A DNA stretch of 64,000 nt from Octopus bimaculoides (lineage: Eukaryota), in assembly GCF_001194135.2 (NCBI RefSeq), contig NC_068993.1, forward strand, positions 1,280,070-1,344,069, in the 5' to 3' direction. The position numbers were made by a program, and so were the translations under genes. Shown piece after piece: positions 1 to 11,005 of the stretch; position 1 is the first letter of the stretch, and every line of letters starts with the position of its first letter. Under the pieces are notes generated by a model that had not been told where the DNA came from, did not search any database, and saw nothing but the letters and a program-made list of their open reading frames with translations.

Positions 1-188
1 GTGTGTGTGTGTGTGTGTGTGTATATAAACTCAGTCAGTTGCCCATAAGTCAGGAAAAAAACGGTCCCTCTAAAAGAAATTGTGACCAGTTATATTTTAT
101 GTAGTATATCCTTGGTTGTGGCCGGTCAAAAAGTGACTATTGGTATCTTTCTGACTGGCCATAACCACGGATATACAACTCGACTACA

Positions 189-239
<51 letters not shown>

Positions 240-873
240 ACACACACATATATATGTAGGTGTGTGTGTAGCTCTGTGCATATATCTGTGTATACATACT
301 CATTCGTATACATATATGCCTGTATGTAAGTTTATATATATGTGTGTGTGTTTGTGTGTGTGTGTCTGTCTGTGTGTGTGTGTGTGTGTGTATGCACAAT
401 CTGAAGTGAAAACAACCAGACAAACACCAGATAGACAGAAAATGGTCTCCTATCTCGCAAAAATATATGTAATTTGTACCAGTGTACTTATACTTGTGTG
501 TGCACGTATGCATGTTTGTCTATATATATATATGAATGCTATCTGTGTGCGTGAGTGTATCTAACTATCTATCTCTCTCTCTCTATATATATATATGTAT
601 ACATATATATGTGTGTGTGTGTGTGTGTATGTATGTATGCATGTGCACGTGGATATGTGTTCGTTTGTATTTATTCATGTCTGTCTTCCCCACCTCCACT
701 TATTTTCCCAATTGTAGAAAGTACTCGTTTTCAACGGTCTTCTTCTGTCAAAGAGTATTAAACTCTGCAGCAAAAGATGGGTTGGTGGGGTTAGGGTGGA
801 GGAATTATGTCTACATGCATCTTGGTCGCCCATCGCAATGTTCAACAGAAAAATAAATCATTTGTGTGTATGC

Positions 874-944
<71 letters not shown>

Positions 945-945
945 G
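1..945. repeat. Microsatellite-rich block, (GT)n/(CA)n/(TA)n
   Basis: Pure and interrupted dinucleotide runs at 1-22, ~185-400, ~575-650 and ~873-942. The ORFs called here (HTHT/VCVC) are translations of the repeats. Confidence 0.95.
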
Positions 946-2019
946 TAGTAGTAGTAGTGAGGTGGTATATTTTTCTGGTGATAAGCTAAATCTATTGAGA
1001 CAACGTTTTCATGAATTATTTCAGATACGTAAAAGTTAAGAAACAAATGAATTAAGCTCGGTGAGAATTGAAATGAAATATGATAAGTATTAAAAATAAT
1101 AATAAGCAAGCTTAGGAAGTGGTGAATTATTTATTATATTGTTTGTTTATCGTCTTTATGTTGGTTGTTCTTGTTAAAAACTCATCGGAAAGTCCTTCTT
1201 AACAGACCCACCGCCAATATTATCTTTTATTTTATTTCACAAACCGGTTATATTCTCGATTTGTAACCCAAAGAAACTGTTTATTACCCTTCAGCGCGTA
1301 TAGAACAGTCTTATCTATATTCTCCAGTCTCACTTTTTGATATGTTACAGCAGCCATAATGGGAACAAGTGCTTCTGTCTGCTGCTAAGATCGACTGATT
1401 GCTAACTGCTTACTTCAGTTAATATGCGGCGTCACGACTGCTTTTCGGAGTCAAGTCTCGCCAACTTGCCATAAATCTCACACCAACTACCTGATCCGAC
1501 AATCTCAAAACGCCATGACCTAACTCCTAAGAACAAATATATTATGTTTAAGAGACTAGGAAAGTTTATATGTTTGTATTTTTTGCTCGAAATTTGTCTA
1601 GTTTTTATTCCGTTTTCAAGAAAATAATGTCGTAAAAGAAAATAGATAAATATAGACAACTAGCAATCGTATAACCATCCGAATGTATTATCCATGTCAT
1701 TTAATTCGAATTAGCTGGTTGCTGTTACAAGTGACCACCATGAAATATCGTATAACAATCTTTTGGCTCTCTGCACCCGATTACACAACAGCAGCCGATG
1801 AGAAGCACTGGAATATTTGGGAGGAAGAAGAAGACACAACCAGCGAGAATTGTTGTTACTCTTAGAATTTATCTCGTTCGTAAAATTTATTGTACAGATA
1901 TTGACCAAAATTGCCAATTAAACCTTATTCCAGGTGAAAAATACTGAGGCAAAGGTTTTCTCTATTTCGCAGTTACCTTAATTACACAACCAAGTGTTGC
2001 CTATTACATCAATAATTTC

Positions 2020-2170
2020 ATATTCGGGCTCAAGGGCCATATATATGTTGGGGATAAGGAAGTCTATAGTCAATAAGACAGGCACCCCCACCCCGCAAGT
2101 ATTTAACTGGAAATTATTTTTGACTACCCCGGAATGATGAATTTCAAAGTTGATCCTCGGCGCGTTTTGA
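2020..2170 (-). mobile_element. Degenerate SINE family A copy
   Basis: Shares the motifs 'actgg..ttattt...gaccc.g.aaggatga....caaagt.gacct.ggcg...ttgaa.tca' with the better-preserved copies at 18590-19195. Confidence 0.45.
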
Positions 2171-2199
2171 ATTCACTAAAATGATCTCACAAAATGGTT

Positions 2200-2312
2200 C
2201 GAAGAAGAAGAAGAAGAAGAAGAAGAAGAAGAAGAAGAAGAAGAAGAAGAAGAAGAAGAAGAAGAAGAAGAAGAAGAAGAAGAAGAAGAAGAAGAAGAAG
2301 AAGAAGAAGAAG
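2200..2312. repeat. (GAA)n microsatellite running into an assembly gap
   Basis: Perfect GAA run ending at the N-gap 2313-2998. Confidence 0.98.
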
Positions 2313-3233
2313 NNNNNNNNNNNNNNNNNNNNNNNNNNNNNNNNNNNNNNNNNNNNNNNNNNNNNNNNNNNNNNNNNNNNNNNNNNNNNNNNNNNNNNNN
2401 NNNNNNNNNNNNNNNNNNNNNNNNNNNNNNNNNNNNNNNNNNNNNNNNNNNNNNNNNNNNNNNNNNNNNNNNNNNNNNNNNNNNNNNNNNNNNNNNNNNN
2501 NNNNNNNNNNNNNNNNNNNNNNNNNNNNNNNNNNNNNNNNNNNNNNNNNNNNNNNNNNNNNNNNNNNNNNNNNNNNNNNNNNNNNNNNNNNNNNNNNNNN
2601 NNNNNNNNNNNNNNNNNNNNNNNNNNNNNNNNNNNNNNNNNNNNNNNNNNNNNNNNNNNNNNNNNNNNNNNNNNNNNNNNNNNNNNNNNNNNNNNNNNNN
2701 NNNNNNNNNNNNNNNNNNNNNNNNNNNNNNNNNNNNNNNNNNNNNNNNNNNNNNNNNNNNNNNNNNNNNNNNNNNNNNNNNNNNNNNNNNNNNNNNNNNN
2801 NNNNNNNNNNNNNNNNNNNNNNNNNNNNNNNNNNNNNNNNNNNNNNNNNNNNNNNNNNNNNNNNNNNNNNNNNNNNNNNNNNNNNNNNNNNNNNNNNNNN
2901 NNNNNNNNNNNNNNNNNNNNNNNNNNNNNNNNNNNNNNNNNNNNNNNNNNNNNNNNNNNNNNNNNNNNNNNNNNNNNNNNNNNNNNNNNNNNNNNNNNAA
3001 TCTTGAAATAAGTTTTATAGAGAACAATGAATTAGTTTAATGCAGCAAAGAACAAAAGAAGCAAAAACAAATGAAGTAAAATAAAGAGAAAATTAAATAT
3101 TTTATAATTATAAATTTGAAGAGAAAATTATAAAAACTATCTACTTTTTTTAATCGATAAATTTATTTCATATACTTGGTATAAACTTTCAGTGGATCGA
3201 TGATTTTTAACTATTTTTAGCCATTGAAATTAG

Positions 3234-3301
<68 letters not shown>
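3234..3301. repeat. (TAA)n microsatellite
   Basis: Perfect run seen directly. Confidence 0.97.
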
Positions 3302-3303
<2 letters not shown>

Positions 3304-3839
3304 AAGCCCTGAGGCAATACCAGGCAGTGGCTCTCATGACGTTGGATCATAACCGATTGGAAGTGTTATCATGTACATTGTTTTATCTTGGTGTAAAAGA
3401 TAGCCTACAGCAAATATTCTGCTCAATACCACAGATTTACTTGTCTATTGGTTGACCTTAATCAGTTGAACATGTCCCTTAGTGCATCGTTGATCACGGG
3501 CAAGGGTAGTGAATGGGGTGCAATATAGCCATGTCTTGAGAGGAATTGAATAATTCACCCCTGGAAGAATGGGTATTTCATTCATCATCATTAAACAAGC
3601 CGTACTCAGGGACCTTTTAGGCGGGTTGGGCTACTCGACCCGAAGAAAACCCTAACTGGGTCCCATCTGCAAGCTCATGCGCTGTTTATCTTGATATAAG
3701 GTCACCATGTCGTGCACATATGGTTGTGATGCATGTGCTTGGTGGACCCTTAACAGAGGGTAATCATGATGGGTATATTGGGCTTCACATATTGGGCTTC
3801 ACCCCAGCGTCACTTTGATGGTGTTTTGTTCTGTCATTC
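3302..3839. mobile_element. ~540-bp non-coding interspersed element bounded by (TAA)n on both sides
   Basis: Complex sequence with sharp boundaries against two TAA arrays and no ORF. It resembles a repeat I recall from Octopus assemblies (not verified). Confidence 0.55.
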
Positions 3840-3891
<52 letters not shown>

Positions 3892-3892
3892 T
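3840..3892. repeat. (AAT)n microsatellite
   Basis: Perfect run seen directly. Confidence 0.97.
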
Positions 3893-4051
3893 AAGTACGA
3901 AATAGCCCGGCTTTGGAAAATGAAGAAAGTGAGAATAGTGCCAATTATTGTTGGGTCTTTGGGGACAATAGAACAGATAACATGGTACCGTAAGCCGCAG
4001 GCAGCAAGCCCGCTACGCATGCGAGACTCCAGGAGTTCCAACAAAACCTGA
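3893..4051 (+). pseudogene. Remnant of the C-terminal restriction-like endonuclease (REL) domain of an R4/Dong-type non-LTR retrotransposon
   Basis: 3893-3970 translates KYEIARLWKMKKVRIVPIIVGSLGTI, which matches the REL motif KY..L..EI.RLW....V.vvPivvGaLGtv. The frame continues to a TGA at 4049-4051. Not in the ORF track. Confidence 0.7.
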
Positions 4052-4574
4052 GATAAAAAGAAATTTCTGCAACAAGAGAATAAAAGAATGTGTATGTATA
4101 TGTGTGTTTGTAAGCATGCTATCGCATCTGCTCGTTTATACACTAGGAGCTTATGTTGTCGTGGCTAAGTTGAGCAAAATCGTCCAAAGGTATTGAAATT
4201 GTGATGATATCTAGTCGATAACTGATGAAGAGCTTGTCTGCATCATTGTGTATGTGCATCATTTTACTTTCAGTTTGTGTTCATATGTTACAATGTCCTT
4301 CATATGGAACATATTTTTCAGTGTGTGTATGTGTGTTTCTGTGTCTGTCTGTCTGTCTGTGTCTGTGTATATGGCTTTGTCTGTGTGCGTGTGTATGCAT
4401 GCATATACGCACACACAAAATTCCATTTAGCAAACTCCGCTCTACCAACATTTGGCAATTCTAGGCTACATGTCCAAGATACCAAATAATATATACCCAG
4501 GGTACCACACAGTCGAATCGCACGAAGCCACATGGCTGCAAAACCAATTTCTACACCACGCAGCTATGCGCCTG

Positions 4575-4911
4575 CTTTAATATACATGTTTATATATAAA
4601 CCTGTGAAATATGTGAAGCTGATTTTACATGTTTATATAACTACATGTTTATATATCCACGTATATAAAACCAGTGAAATATATAACGCTGACGTTTTAT
4701 ATTTAAACAGCTACATGTGTAAAACATATCTACACATGTACATATCTACATGTTTATATACCTACCTGTTTATAATACAAACCAGTAATCAGTGAAATAC
4801 AGATACATAGCATTACACAGTGAAATCTATACGCTTATGTGTCTACATGTTTATATATCCGCATGTTTATATATAAACCAAGTAACCGGGGAAGTATATG
4901 AAACTGATATC

Positions 4912-4918
<7 letters not shown>
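4575..4918. repeat. Degenerate minisatellite built from TACATGTTTATATA and CAGTGAAAT motifs
   Basis: About 8 copies of tacatgt(t/g)ta.. and 4 copies of c(a/t)gtgaaat, interleaved. Confidence 0.75.
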
Positions 4919-4962
<44 letters not shown>

Positions 4963-5990
4963 ACCTAAATATCTATATGTAACTCTAGTGAAATAAATAG
5001 AGTTGATATCTACCTCATTGTCATAAAGATATACAATTTTCTTTTTTGCTAAAACAATGTCTTTCCAAACAACGCCGACCCCTGACCCCTTCTCAGTATG
5101 ATTTTTATTTCTATTTTCCTGAACTACACCCCAAATCAAGTAGAATATATGTCATATTCGCTTGTTTTTTTGTGCTGTTGTTTTATCTCGCTCCTTGATC
5201 AGCAATAGACTTTTCCCACAATTCAGCAGCAGTTTTCTTTCTTTTCTTATTATTTGTGTGTTTTTGTTTCTCTATAATTCATTAAACGTTCCGTCAGCCT
5301 CAAGGAATAGTCATTTACAGTCATGTTTTAATTCTGTCATGAGTGAATGATATCCAGCGCACTTTTCCAATTTACATTGACTACGCATGGCTAGTGAGGC
5401 AGGCCTGTACTAGAATTTCTCCACCCTTAGGCGACGAAAAAGATGGCTTGATGAAGATTGTTGAAATGTTTCTACTACGGAGGCAAATTGAGAGGCCAAC
5501 TGGAAGAAAAGCGATCATGGCATTTGAAAAAAGAAAACAACAGATTCCTTTTATCAAAAAACAAACATATAAGACGACAACGAATGGCTGAATATGAAAA
5601 ATCTATCAAGTAAATAGACAAAAAGAGTAAAATACAATATCGGCAATTGGTTTGTATTGTCTGTTTTTTTTTCAATCATAACTACAATTTTTAATCATCG
5701 TATTTGTATCATTATATTGTTTTGACTAAAAAAACTAATGAGCTTCAATCAAAAGTTTTCTGTTTGAATGACAAAATTAGTATCGATTAGTCACGAATAT
5801 ATTGTTATACAGGGGAAGACAAAGGGTATAGAGCGGCGCTTATACCCTTCAAATAACGAACTGTATTGCGATAGAGGCTGACATTATACCAAATAAACAA
5901 TGCTGAGGCTTATCAATATTTTATTTCTGAAATATATATATTTATATATGCATGTATGTATGTATGTATGTATGTATGTATGTATGTATG

Positions 5991-6064
<74 letters not shown>

Positions 6065-6149
6065 CACACATATATATACATATACATTTATATGTCCGTA
6101 TATATTTATTTACGTGTACATATATATATTCTTTTATTCTATTCTTTTA

Positions 6150-6350
6150 TTTGTTTCAGTCAGTTGACTGCGGCCATGCTGGAGCACCGCCTTTAGTCGA
6201 ACAAATCGACCCTAGAACTTATTCGCTGTAAGCCCAGTACTTATTCTATCGGTCTCTTTGTCGAACCGCTACGTTACGGGGACGTAAACACACCACCATC
6301 GGTTGTCAAGCGATGTTGAGGGGACAAACACAGACACACAAACATACACA
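6150..6350 (-). mobile_element. SINE family B, 3' half
   Basis: The minus strand reads ...cgcttgacaaccgatggtggtgtgtttacgtccccgtaac...ggcggtgctccagcatggccgcagtcaa.tgactgaaac, homologous to 31105-31360 and 38995-39322. Confidence 0.85.
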
Positions 6351-6378
6351 CATATATACATATATACTTACATATACT

Positions 6379-6417
<39 letters not shown>

Positions 6418-8409
6418 TGGAATCCCAACAGACTTTGAATTCAGAACCGAGATATATGGAGTATTGAAGCATTGAATCTCGGTCATTTCCACCGTTCTAA
6501 AATATAGTTTTGGTATTGTAAATAGTAAATACATTAATAATGGTTCAACAAATGATGTAGTTTGCCTCGTTATACGTGTTATGGTGTTGCTGTGGTGCCT
6601 TTGACAGCCCCACACCGCCTTATCTTGTGTTCGATCCCCCGTTAGAATTGCATTTCCTTATTGAAGTCTGAGATGCCAGGGGAAAATACATAAATGTCAC
6701 ATTTTCATATCAGTTTAACCCCACCAAACCACCCCTGTTCACATTTCTGGCCAATAATTCTTAGTTTCTCGTTAAAAACTCTTCAGATTACAGAACTATT
6801 CTCTCACAACTTAATGCAACAATTAATTTGTAATTTCCACGATAATTATTTCGTATGCATGGTTAATGACTCGAGTCGAGTTGTTTTCACGTTAGCAATG
6901 TGAATTATTGTTTCTATGTCCACCATGCAATAATTTTGCCTCGTACAGGACGAAATGAGCGCACTGATAATGTGTGGAACCTTGTCAACTACATGTCAGC
7001 TTTACCGTATTATGTTGGTTAAGCGCCAGCATTGATACATTCGACAAAATTCTTATTTAATGGGCTTCGCTGAAATAAAAATTGCAATTCAATAGAGAAA
7101 GATACTGATCGATAGTCTCTATCTATGGAGTTTGGCAGTTTTTCAGCTATCTGTCACATGTCTATGTCTATCTGCCTCTATCTGTCTCAACATAGTGATA
7201 AGGATTCAAAAGCCTCCACTGGCGAACCACCAACTGCTAACATAATTTAGTGACAGGGGGAGATAACTGTTTCCCCACTTACTACAATTTCGTCAAACAA
7301 AATTGACGTCCATTGTTGACTTCGCTGAAATTGATCTCTCAACACATCAAGTTGATTTTATTTAGGTTTAACAGATCCAGTGGAGACAGTAATTACTGCA
7401 AGACAACCAAACACAATAAAGGAAATACTTCTTTAAATGAAACAATAGTTGTATTGGGTACAGTTGGGTTTCACATATCAATAATTCCGGGAAGAAGACA
7501 CAAAGAAGTAGAACGAAGGTGAATGGTAGAAGCCTTGTATAGTTGAGTTGTTGTAATAGAAATGAAATATCAAAATATTTCCGGCTTACGGCTGGAGGAT
7601 TTATAAGTAAACCTGACCTAACTTCAAGATATAACTGATCTTATATAAATGCAATTGTCGTATTACTCTTAATTCTTCATATCGTCTTCTTTTGGGGGTG
7701 TTTTCTGTGATTCGTGTCCTTTTACTTTAAAATTTCACCAGTTCCATCTCTGATGGATTCTACGATGTTTTACAATTCTTTCTGTAACCAATTTCGCTCT
7801 TAGTGTTGTTATTTTTTTTCTTTTTCTGCCTGATGTTCTTGTTTAATCTTAAGTCGGCCCTTTCTTGGTTCAAAACCGGTCCAAGAGTGACCGCCCTGCC
7901 AAGAACTTCTTAACCGCGTAGCCATGCCTTTGGTTAAATAACTTTAGTCGTCATACAATCATGCCTGCGGCCAGTTTACTGTAATCTTAGGTTATAAAAT
8001 TAGCTCCAATTGTGTTGTGAGACAATCTCCTTCCTGTCCTAAAGCAGGGATTTGTGTGGAACAGTTTGTGGTGTGGGGAAAAATAAACATTTGATAAATA
8101 TATGTATGTATGTATGTATATATACAAACACACACACACACATATACGCACACATACACACACACATGTGTACATATATATATATATATATAATGTAGAA
8201 AGAACATTTCAGTTGAAAGAAACATTATTTGGGATATTTTCGATAAAACTTATAATTATTTGGATCGTGTGAAGCGGAATGATTTTGTATCTAATCTATC
8301 AAGAATTTCTTTCACTTTACCAAAAATATTTGCTCAAATGCCAACTGTTGTCTACAGTCTACGCTATAATGTACTTATATACACACACACTTTTTTTTTT
8401 AATCTAACA

Positions 8410-8725
8410 TTGTGCGCAAATTAAACAGAACAGTTGTAAGCAGGAAGAGGGATCAGTTCTTCTGGGAATTTATCAGGGAATGAGTTCCAATCTTTGTTAA
8501 AGAAGAAGAGGACATACAGCAATTAGTTACTGAATTGTGACGATGATGATAAATGGGATCTAACGAAATAAGGGATGATTGTCTATAACAGCCATTAGGG
8601 AGTATGAGTAGTCTATAAGGGGGAAGAAAATGACTTGCGGTGGTAAAAGGGAATGGCTTGATATTCCTTGCAGGACTATTTATAAGAGAATTCAGTAGAG
8701 TTCCTAAAACTGGAATTGTTTATTC
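8410..8725 (-). mobile_element. Decayed 3' end of a Jockey/CR1-group LINE ORF2
   Basis: Minus-strand translation with stops gives ...PFYHRK...FFFNKDWNSFPDKFPE, resembling the FF...WNsLP..fP C-terminal motif. Confidence 0.5.
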
Positions 8726-9520
8726 TCATTCTGCGACCAGGTAACATCACTGACCGATGGATTCACACACCTACATACCTTCGCACGCACACATTCTCAT
8801 ACACACATTCACACATACACATATAAACATTCACACATACAAGTACCTTTTAAATAGTACCTCGATTACTGTCTCTCCAGTACCCCTGATTAACCAAAAT
8901 GCTACAATCTGAGACATCTTCCTTAATTCGTTTAGCCATTTATTGGCGATGTTAAACAGATGGACGAGAAAAGAATTAGAACCACCGAATATACACTGAA
9001 ATAACACAAAATTTAAACAACATTCAACTCTGAGTATATTGCTCCAGTATGACTTTAATTCTGATGACCAAAATATTCCCCATGTCTAAGGAATTAAATA
9101 ACTATCCCTTCACAGAAAATGGCTTTGTGCCATTTCTCAAGAAAGTACTTTGTCCTGTAATTTGAACCAAATATCAAATTGCATCCAACATAAAAGTTTC
9201 TGTTAATATTCTTTGAAAGTAGAAACTTTTTCTTTGTTTTTCAAAGAAAGTAGTGCCAAACAAAATATATTTCGTAGATAGCAATGGCTGTCTTTGGCGT
9301 TCGTTCTGTAAACCATCATACCTGTTAATATTCTTACATTTATTGCAACTCCAAATCCGTGTTTCAATATAAAGGGAAAGATGAGATATCAAGATGACCA
9401 ATTCAATTCATGTGCGAAATTATGCATCGAGAAATTGAGTCGGAATATTCCCCGAAGCGATCCAAAAATGAGACAACAACGTTTTTGCCAACCTTTCTAC
9501 AACTCTCCAACTACTGCCGT

Positions 9521-9568
<48 letters not shown>

Positions 9569-10032
9569 TCAGTCTATACTTTCTTTCACCGTATCTTCAT
9601 GTCTACACTTCTTTATTATTTCTCGATTTCTTTCTTTCTTTCTCCTCTTTGCATTCTTTTCTTTTTACTTCACAATCCCTCTTTCTTTCTTTCTTTCTTT
9701 CTTTTATTTTCTCATCTCTAATTCCACCATTTCTTTCTCGTTCCAAACAAACATTACATGCAAGTATTCATGAATTCTTCACTTCTTCTGGAAGTTAGAA
9801 AGTAGAGGGTAGAGGGTAACTGGGTGGAGCAGTAAAGGTGAAAGTAGAAGGTGGTGTGTAAGAAGGATATGAATTGTATTGCAGACTGTTTCCATGATTA
9901 AATACAAATTATTCAAATATGAACTTTAATTTTTAGCAATTATTGGACACAACATTCACCGTCCATTCATGGGACAAAACCGATGCTTCATTGGAGATAA
10001 GATATCCTAAGATGTAATTTATATCACTGATC

Positions 10033-10074
<42 letters not shown>

Positions 10075-10119
10075 CCATCATCTTCTTCTTCTTTCTTCTC
10101 TCTCTCTCTCTCTCTCTGT

Positions 10120-10217
<98 letters not shown>

Positions 10218-10394
10218 ATCTCGTCAGTTTAGTCACAATCTTCTTAAACATTACTATTTTAACCAGTCAACCGTTAACGCAAACTCTCTTTTACTTGGGA
10301 CAGAAGTGCAATTGCTGTTTTCTTAGATTTCTAAATAATCTTTGAAAATTCTTCAATCCCACTAATAATTAGACAGCTCTCCAGCAATTATTAT

Positions 10395-10600
10395 TGGTAG
10401 AATCGTTACCGTGCTAGACGAAAAGCTTAGCAGCATTTCGTCCGTCTTTACGTTCTGAGTTCAAATTCCACCTTAGTCGACTTTACCTTTCGGGGCCGAT
10501 AAAATAAGTACCAGTTGAATACTGGCGTCGATATAATCGACTCATCCCCTCTCCCAACATTGCTGCCCTTGCGGAAAAATCTGAAACCACTATTATCATT
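10395..10600 (+). mobile_element. SINE family A, near full length, with an (ATT)n/(ATC)n tail to ~10680
   Basis: Pol III-like head (ggtagaatcgtta...gagttcaaattcc, B-box-like), body gtcgacttt...gataaaataagtaccagttg, and a trinucleotide tail. Many homologues in the window. Confidence 0.9.
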
Positions 10601-10611
10601 ATTATTATTAC

Positions 10612-10677
<66 letters not shown>

Positions 10678-10724
10678 TATTCCTTTGTAATATTGGTAGA
10701 AAGTCGCAAATTGTGTGGGGTGGG

Positions 10725-10865
10725 GCTATTTGACTAAATCGATCCCGTTTTTAATTGGTGTTTTACTTTGTCGACACTGAAAGAGTCAAAATAACGTTAA
10801 CCTCAGATTTGAACTCAGCTAACGTATTTTGTTCTTGACTCAAATGATTCTGCTAATCATTCGCC
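10725..10865 (-). mobile_element. Degenerate SINE family A copy
   Basis: Contains aaatcgatccc...tttgaactcag...gattctgc..tcgccc in reverse orientation. Confidence 0.55.
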
Positions 10866-10884
10866 CTTACAATGACCGCTCTAT

Positions 10885-11005
10885 ATTCTAGAAATAGCAC
10901 ATATATATATCTCCTTTAAATCACGCTCTACCTTGTTTAAATGGAAGGAGCGGCCATCGCTGGAATGTCTTTGATTGTAGGATTTTACTGGAGCTGAACA
11001 ACGAC
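10885..11005 (+). mobile_element. SINE-like family C, internally deleted copy
   Basis: ctagaaatagca...aaatcac...gctggaatgtctttgat...gctgaacaac, matching 60970-61152. Confidence 0.6.

Noticed and set aside
1345-1390. ttacag|cagccataATG GGA ACA AGT GCT TCT GTC TGC TGC TAA (MGTSASVCC*), resembling a myristoylation/palmitoylation N-terminus
   Set aside because: It stops after 9 codons with no convincing donor site, so it is most likely chance.
1683-1980. Loose resemblance to Penelope RT (SYNNL...EALEYL...LLLLEF)
   Set aside because: The similarity is too weak and interrupted to support without an alignment search.
5343-5591. 82-aa ORF with a non-repetitive composition
   Set aside because: No recognisable motif or splice signals, and ORFs of this length are expected by chance.
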